Positions 39,507 to 49,427 of a stretch of 64,000 bases of DNA are shown here, piece after piece. The notes beneath the pieces were generated by a model, which saw only the letters and a program-made list of their open reading frames with translations, did no database searches and had not been told where the DNA came from. Positions within the stretch are counted from its first letter, which is position 1, and every line of letters starts with the position of its first letter. The stretch lies in NCBI GenBank assembly GCA_965198175.1, contig OZ240245.1, positions 1,984,001 to 2,048,000 on the forward strand, written 5' to 3'. This stretch comes from Candidatus Poribacteria bacterium. GTDB taxonomy: Bacteria > Poribacteria > WGA-4E > PCPOR2b. Position numbers and translations under genes: made by a program.

Positions 39507-41761
39507 TGTCAGAGAAGAAAGAATACAAAGTCCTCGGAACCCGTCCCATCCGTCACGACGGTGTCGATAAGGTGACAGGTCGTGCCCTCTACGGCGCAGA
39601 CTTCCAAACCACAGGTCTGCTGCACGGCAAGGTTCTGCGCAGCCCACATGCCCATGCACGCATCAAATCGATTGACACTAGCCGTGCAGAAGCCCATCCC
39701 GGTGTGAAAGCGGTCGTGACCGCGGAAGACCTCCCTACGGCGGCGGATAAAATCGCCGATCTCGGAGAGGGCGCGGTCAATCTGAAATATCTGTGTGATA
39801 ATATTCTCGCGAGCGACAAAGCTCTCTACACAGGCCATGCAGTTGCTGCACTCGCAGCGAACGACCCCCACACCGCTGAAGAAGCGCTCGAACTCATTGA
39901 TGTCGAGTACGAGTTGCTACCGCCGGTGCTTGAGGTGCGCGAAGCGATGAAAGATGATGCGCCGCTGCTGCATGAGAGTCTGAAAACCGACGCGATGGGA
40001 GAAAAGTCTGAAAAGTCGAGTAATATTGCGAGTCATTTCCAACACAAAAAGGGAGATATCGAGGTAGGTTTCGCAGAAGCAGATATTATCATTGAACACG
40101 ATTTTGTCACAGGGACCGTGCATCAAGGCTACATTGAGCCTCACAATGCAACCGCGTTGTACAATCCCGACGGACAACTCACCATCTGGTGCAGCACTCA
40201 AGGCGCATTTACAGTTCGGCAACAAATGGCAGAAATTCTCCAGATACCAATTTCCAAGATTAAAGTGGTGCCGATGGAGATTGGCGGCGGATTTGGCGGG
40301 AAGATTAGTGTTTACCTTGAGCCGGTTGCCGCGCTGCTTTCCAAGAAATCGGGTCGTCCTGTCAAGGTCTTGATGAATCGGACAGAAGTTTTTGAAGCCA
40401 CCGGACCAACCCCCGCATCTTACATCCGTGTAAAAATGGGAGTTACTAATGATGGGCGTATCACCGCGGCGGATGGATACTTGGCTTTTGAAGCTGGCGC
40501 GTATCCGGGTTCACCCGTTGGCGCAGGAGCGATGTGTATTTTCTCTCCTTACAATATCCCCAATGGGCTGATTGATGGGTATGATGTTGTCGTTAATAAA
40601 CCGAAAAGCAATGCATATCGCGCCCCCGGCGCAACAAATGCTGAGTTCGCCGCTGAAATCGTCGTTGATGAAATCTGTGAAAAAATCGGGATGGACCCGC
40701 TCGAATTCCGTATTCTCAACGCAGCAGAAGAGGGTGTCAGTCGTATTGATGGTCCGGTATTCCCGCGTATCGGTTGCATCGAAACAACTGAAGCGGCAAA
40801 GGAACACCCGCACTACGCAGCTCCCCTCGAAGGGGAAAATAGAGGGCGCGGCGTCGCTTCCGGTTTCTGGTTCAATGTCGGTTTGAAATCAAGCGTCTCA
40901 ATTAACGTGAACCCCGATGGGACGATAAGCCTTGTCGAAGGTTCGACTGACATCGGCGGCACACGGGCTTCGATTGCAATGCAAGCCGCGGAGGTATTGG
41001 GGATTCCCGCCGAAGCGGTTTATCCCACCGTGGTCGATACAAATTCGGTCGGTTATACAGATGTGACCGGTGGCAGCCGTACCACATTTTCGACGGGATA
41101 CGCCGCTTATGAAGCCGCTCAGGATGTCAAGCGGCAGATGGTGGAACGCGCAGCAAAATTGTGGGACGTAGATTCAGGAGAGGTGCAGTTCGCCGACGGC
41201 GATTTTATATGCGTGAACGGCAAAGATGAACGTATGAGTTTCAAACAGTTGGCTGCGAGACTTGATGAGGTCGGTGGTCCAGTTACGGGACGCGCCTCCG
41301 TCGATCCAACGGGGGTTGGCGGCGCATTCGCAACCCATATCGTTGATGTTGAGGTCGATCCAGACACCGGGAAAGTTCAAATCCTGCGCTACACAGCGGC
41401 GCAAGACGCTGGAAAAGCCGTCCACCCCAGTTATGTCGAAGGGCAGATGCAAGGCGGCGTAACGCAAGGGATTGGCTGGGCGTTGAATGAGGAATATATC
41501 TACAACGACGAAGGAAGAATGACCAACGCTAGTTTCCTCGATTACCGCATGCCAACCTGCCTAGATTTGCCGATGATTGACACGGTTATCGTTGAAGTTC
41601 CCAACCCTGGTCACCCGTATGGTGTCAGGGGTGTGGGGGAAGTCCCAATCGTTCCGCCCCCCGCAGCGATTGCCAACGCAATATATCGTGCCGTAGGCGT
41701 TCGGATGAAAGAACTACCGATGTCACCTGGTCGGATCCTCAAAACGATGGGAAAGCTCTAA
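39506..41761 (+). CDS. Xanthine dehydrogenase-family molybdopterin-binding subunit (substrate unknown)
   Basis: DKVTGRA, RSPHAHARI, HQGYIEPH, IGGGFGGK, AYRAPG, GGSRT, EGQMQGG, GVGEVP. Confidence 0.93.
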   Translation: MSEKKEYKVLGTRPIRHDGVDKVTGRALYGADFQTTGLLHGKVLRSPHAHARIKSIDTSRAEAHPGVKAVVTAEDLPTAADKIADLGEGAVNLKYLCDNILASDKALYTGHAVAALAANDPHTAEEALELIDVEYELLPPVLEVREAMKDDAPLLHESLKTDAMGEKSEKSSNIASHFQHKKGDIEVGFAEADIIIEHDFVTGTVHQGYIEPHNATALYNPDGQLTIWCSTQGAFTVRQQMAEILQIPISKIKVVPMEIGGGFGGKISVYLEPVAALLSKKSGRPVKVLMNRTEVFEATGPTPASYIRVKMGVTNDGRITAADGYLAFEAGAYPGSPVGAGAMCIFSPYNIPNGLIDGYDVVVNKPKSNAYRAPGATNAEFAAEIVVDEICEKIGMDPLEFRILNAAEEGVSRIDGPVFPRIGCIETTEAAKEHPHYAAPLEGENRGRGVASGFWFNVGLKSSVSINVNPDGTISLVEGSTDIGGTRASIAMQAAEVLGIPAEAVYPTVVDTNSVGYTDVTGGSRTTFSTGYAAYEAAQDVKRQMVERAAKLWDVDSGEVQFADGDFICVNGKDERMSFKQLAARLDEVGGPVTGRASVDPTGVGGAFATHIVDVEVDPDTGKVQILRYTAAQDAGKAVHPSYVEGQMQGGVTQGIGWALNEEYIYNDEGRMTNASFLDYRMPTCLDLPMIDTVIVEVPNPGHPYGVRGVGEVPIVPPPAAIANAIYRAVGVRMKELPMSPGRILKTMGKL

Positions 41762-41775
41762 ATATCGGGCTGGTT

Positions 41776-41822
41776 AAAAAAAGTGCCTGCCCTTAATCGG
41801 AGCGAAGGGGCAGGCACGTTTC
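41776..41822. terminator. Hairpin, possibly bidirectional terminator
   Basis: Stem GTGCCTGCCC/GGGCAGGCAC with A7 on the left and GTTTC on the right. Confidence 0.6.
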
Positions 41823-41874
41823 ACACACTATTCTCTGTATTCCCAACTTCCCCGCATTCATGAAAGGCTATACC

Positions 41875-42168
41875 ATGCCAATTGTATCAATCCCCTCCCT
41901 CATGCAGAATCTCACCAATGGCGTAGATAAAGTTAACGTGGACGGCAAAACACTGCGAGAAGTGATTTCCAATTTAGAGGAATCCTATCCAGGCTTTGCA
42001 GCACGTCTCTGCGATGGCGATCGAATTCGTCAAAATATCTCGTTGTACATTGACGGCATCATCTCACGGGAAGGGATGCGTCAACTTGTAAAAGCAGATA
42101 CGGAGATTCACTTTATCCCCGCCATCAGCGGTGGTTGCAGCCCCATACCTGCCAAGGTTAGTCAATAA
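41875..42168 (+). CDS. MoaD/ThiS-family ubiquitin-like sulfur carrier with C-terminal extension
   Basis: MPIVSIPS...GKTLREVI..LE..YPG...FIPAISGG, then CSPIPAKVSQ*. Confidence 0.85.
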   Translation: MPIVSIPSLMQNLTNGVDKVNVDGKTLREVISNLEESYPGFAARLCDGDRIRQNISLYIDGIISREGMRQLVKADTEIHFIPAISGGCSPIPAKVSQ

Positions 42169-42404
42169 ATTGCCGTCTAGGCGCAGCACATTTGGGATCA
42201 TGCTTAAATGGTGCCCAATTCTCGCCCAACTGCGCAATCCTTAGCGCTAGTGGATACGGCAAGGCATATCGCGTTCACACCCCAACACCCCGCGCCTACT
42301 GTGGTACCCCCGCGTCGCCAAAGGGAAGCCCTCACAATTTCTTCGCAAGAATCGGTTGATTTGTAGACCAACCACCGCTAGTCCCATAGACAAACGGAGC
42401 AATC

Positions 42405-44498
42405 ATGACGCAACAAGACACCATCCAAACGATACTCAAGGACAGTGATTATCATCTTTCCTTGTTTAAGGAAAACGAGATTGAAGTGCTGTGCGACAAT
42501 ACCTTCATCAAAACTGTTAAAGGTGAAGAGAAGCCATTTGTAAACTGCATCGTGCGGGATAAAAGCATTCAGCTCAAACCAGAAGAAGTCGTCCGCCAGC
42601 TTTATGCAGCGAGGCTAATCAATGAATACGGCTATCCCAAAACACGATTGGCTTTTGAGCATTCTGTAAACTTTGGTCGGCAGAAGAAAAGTGCCGATGT
42701 TGTTATCCTCGACAAAGACCGCCCTGATACTGCCTATATCATCGTTGAGTTGAAAAAACCCAAACTCAAGGACGGAAAAAACCAACTTAAATCCTACTGC
42801 AATGCGACCGGTGCCCCAATCGGTGTTTGGACAAACGGGGAGCAGATTTCTCATTACAATCGCAAGGATCCGAATTTCTTTGAAGAAATCACTGATATTC
42901 CCAACGTTGACCACGGTCTTGAGGATATCCTCGCCGAACACTTCACGCTGAAAGATCTAATTCTCAAAGACAAAATTGCCAATGAGCGGAAATCCTTGAA
43001 AAGCATCGTTCTGGAAATGGAGGATGAAGTACTGGCAAATGCTGGGGTGGATGTCTTTGAGGAGGTTTTCAAACTCATATTCACCAAACTTTATGACGAA
43101 TTCCGTAGTCGCGACGACAAGAAGGTAATCAACTATTTCTTGGCGCCAGTAATCAATACACTCGTGCATGATGAAGCCGACACGAACGATGTCGGCGCTG
43201 AAGATTACGATGTGCTCAAAGCAGAGGTTGCGAAGATTGTAGATGACCGCTTTCGAGTAATGGAGTTTAGGAATACCGGGCAGACCGACACCGAGCTAAA
43301 AGTTAAGATTCAGCGTCTTTTCGAAGCGGCGAAAAACCAATGGCCGGGCGTTTTTCCAGAAGGTGCTGCTTTTGAACTCACGGACAGCCATTTAGCCATC
43401 TGTGTATCTAGCCTGCAAGATATAAAGCTCTTCAACTCCAATCTGCTGGTGGTGGATGAAGCTTTCGAATACTTGGTGAACAAATCCGCCAAAGGGGAAA
43501 AGGGGCAGTATTTTACACCCCGCCATGTGATTGATATGTGCGTTCAGATGCTGAATCCCCAACCCGGTGAGTATATGATTGACACCGCGTCAGGCAGTTG
43601 TGGTTTCCCGGTGCATACCACTTTCAAAATCACCGGCCACCTTTTTTCCAATCAAGAAATCCCAGAAACAGATAAGCAGGAGGTACGCAAAGTCTTTGGC
43701 ATTGACTTCGACGAAAAAACTGTGAGAGTTGCCAGAACATTGAACTTAATCGCCGGGGATGGAGAAAGCAACGTCTTACATTTGAATACGTTGGATTTTG
43801 AACGTTGGAGGGACAGGACAGAGAGTGACAGAAAATGGATAAGAACTTATGGCGACGGCTTCTCGCGGTTGGAGAAACTGAGAACCGACACAGAGGAAAA
43901 TAAACGATTTAACTTTGATATCCTGATGGCAAATCCGCCCTTTGCTGGAGACATCAAAGAGAGCCGCCTGCTGCATCAATACCAACTCGGTTTCAAGGCA
44001 AACGGTGCGGCGCAGAGTAAAGTCGGGCGTGACATCTTGTTTATCGAGCGCAATCTGGACTTTCTCAAGCCCGGTGGACGCATGGCGATTGTGTTGCCGC
44101 AGGGCAGATTCAACAACGCTTCCGACAAACGTATCCGCGATTATATCGCCGAACGTGCACGTATCCTTGCGGTCGTCGGTTTACATGGCAACACTTTCAA
44201 ACCCCACACCGGCACGAAGACCAGCGTCCTGTTTGTGCAGAAGTGGGATGACAAGCTGTGTCCCAAAGTGGAAGACTACCCGATTTTCTTTGCCGTGAGC
44301 GAAAAGGCTGGGAAAAACAATTCGGGTGATTATGTCTATGCAAAGAACTGTAACGGACAGTATAAATTAGACAATAACGGCCATCTGATTGTTGAACATG
44401 ATTTGCATAGCCATGAGGGAAAATTAGATGATGGCATCGCTGAAGCCTTTGTTGAGTGGGCAAAGGGTGAAAAATTGTCATTTTCGCGTGATGATTAA
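42405..44498 (+). CDS. Fused restriction endonuclease (HSDR_N-like) / N6-adenine methyltransferase
   Basis: LKPEEVVRQ, ADVVI...IIVELKK (PD-(D/E)xK), GQYFTPR, motif I DTASGSCGF, motif IV NPPF, GGRMAIVLP. Confidence 0.92.
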   Translation: MTQQDTIQTILKDSDYHLSLFKENEIEVLCDNTFIKTVKGEEKPFVNCIVRDKSIQLKPEEVVRQLYAARLINEYGYPKTRLAFEHSVNFGRQKKSADVVILDKDRPDTAYIIVELKKPKLKDGKNQLKSYCNATGAPIGVWTNGEQISHYNRKDPNFFEEITDIPNVDHGLEDILAEHFTLKDLILKDKIANERKSLKSIVLEMEDEVLANAGVDVFEEVFKLIFTKLYDEFRSRDDKKVINYFLAPVINTLVHDEADTNDVGAEDYDVLKAEVAKIVDDRFRVMEFRNTGQTDTELKVKIQRLFEAAKNQWPGVFPEGAAFELTDSHLAICVSSLQDIKLFNSNLLVVDEAFEYLVNKSAKGEKGQYFTPRHVIDMCVQMLNPQPGEYMIDTASGSCGFPVHTTFKITGHLFSNQEIPETDKQEVRKVFGIDFDEKTVRVARTLNLIAGDGESNVLHLNTLDFERWRDRTESDRKWIRTYGDGFSRLEKLRTDTEENKRFNFDILMANPPFAGDIKESRLLHQYQLGFKANGAAQSKVGRDILFIERNLDFLKPGGRMAIVLPQGRFNNASDKRIRDYIAERARILAVVGLHGNTFKPHTGTKTSVLFVQKWDDKLCPKVEDYPIFFAVSEKAGKNNSGDYVYAKNCNGQYKLDNNGHLIVEHDLHSHEGKLDDGIAEAFVEWAKGEKLSFSRDD

Positions 44499-44622
44499 TG
44501 GTCCCAACAGAATTCAAATCGGCTATAGAATTAGGTTTACTCGCAAGCAGGATATTCGCGCTCATTTTCATGACACGGCGTATATTTTATAAAACATAGT
44601 CGTTTCAGGTGGGGGATAACTA

Positions 44623-46032
44623 GTGCATTTTTCAATTGCCGCTTATTCGGAATTAGAACGAACCAAGAGAATTGATGCTGAATTTTTTTTGCCTGTGTAT
44701 CGTGAATTGAATAAGGTGTTGTCTGCGAAGACAGTTCAGCCATTAACGGCATTGTGCAATGTATCAGATGGCAATCATATGTCGGTCGCTCATCATTTTC
44801 AGGACGAAAAGGGTATTCCTTATTTTCGAGGACAAGATATCAATACAGATTTCTTTATTGAGAATGCCACACCTACATTCATCCCGGAGAACATTTACGC
44901 CCTCCCCTATATGAAAAGGTCATGGTTTCAAAATGGAGATATATTGTTATCTATCGTTGGGACAATTGGGAGCTTGTCTATTGTCACGGATAAAATCAAG
45001 AAATCTACTGGAAGTTGCAAAATTGCTATTCTTCGCCCCAAGAGAAAGAGTAGTGAATATATTGCTACCTTTCTACAATCAAAATATGGCCAATTCCAAA
45101 TAAAGCGAAATACGAGAGGTGCAGTTCAGCAAGGTCTTCTTTTGGAAGACATGGAGCAGATTAAGGTTTATATTCCATCAGAAAAGTTGGAGAAATCCAT
45201 CTGCAGAGATATCCAAGCTTCTATTGAATTAAATAGATCTTCAACAGAGATGTACAGAGAAGCCCAAACCCTCCTACTTTCAGAACTCGGACTTAACGAC
45301 TGGCAACCCAAACACCGGCTGACCTTTGTCAAAAACTACTCCGACGCTGAACAAGCTGATCGCATCGATGCAGACTATTTTCAACCAAAATATGAGGAAA
45401 TTGTCCAAATTATCAAAAGCTATTCTGGCGGTTGGGATACGCTGGGGAATCTGGTGACAATAAGGAAATGTGTAGAGGTGGGAAGCAAAGAATACCGTAC
45501 CGAGGGTGTTCCTTTTGTGCGTGTGAGCAATCTAAGCCCTTTTGAAATCACCGAAGAAAAGTACATTTCCGAGGAATTGTATGGAAAAATTATACAGTAT
45601 CAACCTGAACAGGGCGAGATACTATTCAGCAAAGACGCAACCCCAGGCATAGCCTATTACTTGAGCGAACAACCCAAGAAAATGATACCCTCTGGCGGGA
45701 TACTCCGCCTGAGAAGCAAAACGAATAAAATCAAGAACGAATATTTGATGCTTGTGCTCAATTCAATACTGACAAGAGAACAAGTAAACCGTGATGTCGG
45801 GGGATCCTTAATTCTACATTGGCGCCCAGAACTGGTCAAAGCAACAGTCATTCCATTGTTACCCGAAGAAAAACAAATCCAAATCCAGCAGAAGGTCATT
45901 GAATCCTTTAGCTTGCGAAGACAGTCCAATCACCTAGTGGAATGTGCCAAGCACGCGGTGGAGATGGCCATTGAGCAAGACGAACAAACCGCGATTGACT
46001 GGCTGGAAAATAAAACGCAGGAGGTAACCTGA
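44623..46032 (+). CDS. HsdS-like specificity subunit with two TRDs
   Basis: Repeated RIDAEFF / RIDADYF, GIPYFR / GVPFVR, GDILLS / GEILFS; GTG start with RBS GGGGGA. Confidence 0.88.
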   Translation: MHFSIAAYSELERTKRIDAEFFLPVYRELNKVLSAKTVQPLTALCNVSDGNHMSVAHHFQDEKGIPYFRGQDINTDFFIENATPTFIPENIYALPYMKRSWFQNGDILLSIVGTIGSLSIVTDKIKKSTGSCKIAILRPKRKSSEYIATFLQSKYGQFQIKRNTRGAVQQGLLLEDMEQIKVYIPSEKLEKSICRDIQASIELNRSSTEMYREAQTLLLSELGLNDWQPKHRLTFVKNYSDAEQADRIDADYFQPKYEEIVQIIKSYSGGWDTLGNLVTIRKCVEVGSKEYRTEGVPFVRVSNLSPFEITEEKYISEELYGKIIQYQPEQGEILFSKDATPGIAYYLSEQPKKMIPSGGILRLRSKTNKIKNEYLMLVLNSILTREQVNRDVGGSLILHWRPELVKATVIPLLPEEKQIQIQQKVIESFSLRRQSNHLVECAKHAVEMAIEQDEQTAIDWLENKTQEVT

Positions 46033-47357
46033 TGAACATCACTCAATTCACAATAGAGGAAGTACGCTGTTTTGCCGGACGGCAAGAGTTCAACATTCGT
46101 CCCTTAACGTTTTTAGTCGGGGAAAATAGTACCGGCAAGACCACAACATTGGCGTGTTTTGAGATGTTAGCAAATTACTTGGCAACGGGAGAAATAGATT
46201 TTAATTCGCACCCTTATTCAATGGGAATCTTTAAAGATATTGTCAGAAGGACCACAAAAAAAGACAAAGCCTTTAAGCTTGGACTTGCCTTTAGGTGGCC
46301 TGGGAAAACTGGTCCCGTTGAACATACCGTTGAATTTGTTGAAAAAGAGGGAGGCATTGAACCCGCTGTCAGGTCAGTGACGCTGAAATTCACTGACGGC
46401 GAAATCGTGATTAGCGCTGATGATACAAGGGAAGAGGGTGTGCCTTTCATCTCCTGTGATAAAGAACAGAATCAGTATCGTATAGGAGTGCATTCTGCTA
46501 TTCTAGATAGGCGCTCGCCACTCTTCTTTTTAGACAGACCTGTTCATAGAGAGGAACAGCCGTCTGATGGCGAAATGGCCTTAGCGAACTATTTACAGGA
46601 GAAGCGTGGAGGTATGATATACCCATCGTGGAGGACAAGGGCTGGCGCCGTATTTAGTACTTCGCCGGTTCGTTCTCAACCGAAGCGGACCTATGACCCG
46701 ACAAGGGAATTTGATGACCCTGAGGGCAGCGATATTCCGATGCGGTTAATGCGGATAAAGGCTACGGATGAAAAGAAATGGGAAGACTTGAAAGCGGAGT
46801 TGGTTAAATTTGGTAAAAGCTCGGGTCTTTTTCAGAACATAGAGGTTAAAAACCTTGGTAGATCTATGGGCAGCTCATTCCAATTGACAGTCAAAGTAAG
46901 GGGACCAAACTCCAATATCATTGATGTTGGCTACGGAGTCAGTCAAATTTTGCCGATTTTGGTGTATATTTTTGATCAGCCTGTCTCTCGGCGGCGTATT
47001 TATAGAAGCGGAAGAATTCCCTTCTTTCTATTACAACAACCTGAGGTCCATCTGCACCCGAGGGCGCAGGCAGAACTCTCTTCTTTACTAGCTAAGTCGG
47101 CACGCCGGGGTCCGAGTGGGTGGACCTTCATTGTTGAAACGCACAGTGACTATATGATTGACCGGGCACGCGTTGAAATCAGGAAAGGCAATATCCGCCC
47201 TGAAGATGTGTCGCTGATATATCTGGAGCCAAAGGGGCGTGTTGTCAAGGTGCATAATATCAGTTTTGATAAGATGGGCAATATGGAGGGGGTGCCGCCG
47301 CATTACAGAGAATTTTTCCTGAACGAAACCGACCGCCTCATGGGTTTTGAGGATTAA
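46032..47357 (+). CDS. ABC-type (AAA_15/AAA_21, DUF3696-like C-terminus) ATPase
   Basis: PLTFLVGENSTGKT, DVGYGVSQILP, LLQQPEVHLHP.AQ, VETHSD; TGATG coupling to the S gene. Confidence 0.88.
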   Translation: MNITQFTIEEVRCFAGRQEFNIRPLTFLVGENSTGKTTTLACFEMLANYLATGEIDFNSHPYSMGIFKDIVRRTTKKDKAFKLGLAFRWPGKTGPVEHTVEFVEKEGGIEPAVRSVTLKFTDGEIVISADDTREEGVPFISCDKEQNQYRIGVHSAILDRRSPLFFLDRPVHREEQPSDGEMALANYLQEKRGGMIYPSWRTRAGAVFSTSPVRSQPKRTYDPTREFDDPEGSDIPMRLMRIKATDEKKWEDLKAELVKFGKSSGLFQNIEVKNLGRSMGSSFQLTVKVRGPNSNIIDVGYGVSQILPILVYIFDQPVSRRRIYRSGRIPFFLLQQPEVHLHPRAQAELSSLLAKSARRGPSGWTFIVETHSDYMIDRARVEIRKGNIRPEDVSLIYLEPKGRVVKVHNISFDKMGNMEGVPPHYREFFLNETDRLMGFED

Positions 47358-47359
47358 TT

Positions 47360-47794
47360 ATGTGTATTATCTTGGACACCAACGCGTTTGGTGAATTTAA
47401 AAAACGAGACAAGGGGAAGAAAAACAAACACATGGCGCCTATATGGAATTGGTTGGACGGAAAGCACGGCAAAATTGTCTATTCTCCTACCGAGAAGATC
47501 AAAAGAGAATGGCTAAAGGGAGGAATGAAAAATCATATGAGAACATTAAATCAAGCCGGGAAACTCAAACTTATTCCCGCTAAGGATGTACAAGCGAAAG
47601 CTAATGTATTAGACCAAACAGGTGCACTCAAATCTGATGACGCACATATTATCGCGCTGGCGATGATTGCGAGAGTAGAGGTATTGGTCTCCGCTGACAA
47701 GGCATTGCACGCCGATTTTAGGGCTATGGTCGGGGGCGAAGTGTACATGACAAAAAGCCATTCGCACTTGCTGACTAGAGATACCTGCCCTTAG
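47360..47794 (+). CDS. PIN-domain protein (putative ribonuclease)
   Basis: IILDTN, E, SDDAHIIALA, LVSADKAL acidic pattern; starts 2 nt after the ATPase stop. Confidence 0.8.
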   Translation: MCIILDTNAFGEFKKRDKGKKNKHMAPIWNWLDGKHGKIVYSPTEKIKREWLKGGMKNHMRTLNQAGKLKLIPAKDVQAKANVLDQTGALKSDDAHIIALAMIARVEVLVSADKALHADFRAMVGGEVYMTKSHSHLLTRDTCP

Positions 47795-47971
47795 TAGGGA
47801 ATAACGATCCTTACGCTGGGATCCCAACATGCACTTATCCCAAAAACCGACATATGCCAAGCGAGCGGTAGAGATTGGTGGGCTTCATCGTTAGGTGTTT
47901 CACCCTTCCTTGCCGTTGAGGCCTGGGGATATTCGCCGTAACCTAACGCAGCAAACACACAGGAGAATCAC

Positions 47972-48433
47972 ATGACAGATGTCAAATCGTTGGTAGTTGG
48001 CATGGATGCGCCGGACTTAGAGATGGAAGATGCGGATGGCGTTGTCCATCGCCTGCGCGATTACGTCGGGAAGAAAAACGTCGTTCTGGCGTTTTATCCC
48101 AAAGACTTTACCAGTGGCTGAACGGCGGAGGTTTGCTCGCTCCGGGATGAGTCGAGCCAATTTGCAGCGCACGATGTACAAGTTTTCGGTGTTAGTGTAC
48201 AGGACGCTGAAAGCCACAAAAAGTTTGCGGAACAGTACGACCTGAACTTTCCGCTTCTTGTAGACACGGACCGCTCATTCAGCTTGCTATTCGGCGCTAC
48301 TGACCAGCCGGATGGCATGAGTAGCCGTATGACGGTCGTCATTGATAAAGCCGGAAAGATTATCAAGCTTGATAAGCAGGTCAACGCGAAAGCGCACGGC
48401 AAAGATTTAATCGACTTCTTCGAGTCGAGGTAA
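47972..48433 (+). CDS. Selenocysteine-containing peroxiredoxin (BCP/PrxQ type), 153 aa
   Basis: RBS AGGAG, ATG 47972. Reads VVLAFYPKDFTSG-TGA(48119-48121)-TAEVCSLRD...FGVS...SHKKFAEQYDLNFPLLVD...RMTVVIDKAG to TAA 48433. TGA sits at the peroxidatic Cys of PxxxTxxC. Confidence 0.9.
48135..48157 (+). promoter_or_regulatory. Candidate bacterial SECIS hairpin
   Basis: GCTCG-CTC[CGGGAT]GAG-T-CGAGC stem-loop beginning 13 nt after the in-frame TGA. Confidence 0.65.
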
Positions 48434-48514
48434 TCCGATAACGCTCTCGAACGCGGAACGTTTGCCCGACTTTTACCGCTAGCCGGTATTCGACATGAAA
48501 ACTGGCGCTTTTTG

Positions 48515-49427
48515 CGCTCGGGATCGCCTCCGGGGGAAAAGTGATTCACAAGGAAACTTCCTTCAACTGCCATCCCTCCGATTTCAACTAAATCTGGTCT
48601 ATCCCAGCCATCGGCACCGAGGAACGTTGCTAGAATGCTGAAATCGGCGGACTTTGCCTGCTTAACTGCCACCGGGAATTCGGAACCCAAGCCGGCGAGA
48701 AAGACAACATCAACCGCAGGATCAACTGCGGCAATTGGTGTCAGTTGCTCGGTAAAATCTGTTGCGCCCGTGACGTAAAATTGTTGAATTGTAATTGTGC
48801 CGCCTTGCGCAGAAAAATGTTTAAATAAAAGCCTTCGAAACTCCCTCCGAGTAAGCATCACCTATTTCTGTGAGCACTGCCGCCGTCGATGCCCCCAACT
48901 GTTGCGTAGCGAATCTAGCTACCACCCCCGCCTGAAACGGATCGGTGTAGGCACCCATGAACGAAAAATTTACCGGGCCGGTAACTTTAGGATTTGTTGG
49001 ATAGGTTGTAACCATCGGAACGCCGTGCTGTAAAGCAACCTTGCCCACCACCACACCTTCTTCATCGTAGTCGGGACCAACGATTGCGGATACGCCCGCA
49101 GCAATCAGTTCTTCTGCGTGTTGGGCGCTGAGTGAAGGATTCCTTTTGTCATTTCGAACGAGGGGTTCTATCGGTATGCCGCTTATGCCTCCGGTTTCAT
49201 TTGCAAGGGCGACAGCCAACTCGGCACCATTCCGAGTCGTGCCTGGATCAGGCGGACTATAGCGGACTATAAATGAAACCTATTTTGACTGTTACTGCGC
49301 TGTCAAGTGTTTCCGAATCTGCTGAAGCAGTGAACTGTTGAATCAGCTCGCCCCCTAAAATGAAAATGCCCATTAAGAAAAATGAGGCAATGCACCTGAA
49401 CGTTGTTCTGTGCTGTTGAAACATCAT
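48515..49427 (-). pseudogene. LivK/LivJ-like ABC substrate-binding protein pseudogene
   Basis: Signal peptide and VKIGFIYSP. Frameshift from a 10-bp duplication at 49252-49271, +1 frameshift near 48823, and family-like sequence ends after NHFSPGGDP (3' part missing). Confidence 0.85.

Noticed and set aside
39506..41761. Calling the molybdoenzyme an aerobic CO dehydrogenase (coxMSL order)
   Set aside because: Active-site loop is AYRAPG, which matches neither CODH form
48094..48514. C-terminal part of ORF 48094..48861
   Set aside because: Read-through past the pseudogene truncation; it is the antisense shadow of the Sec-peroxiredoxin gene
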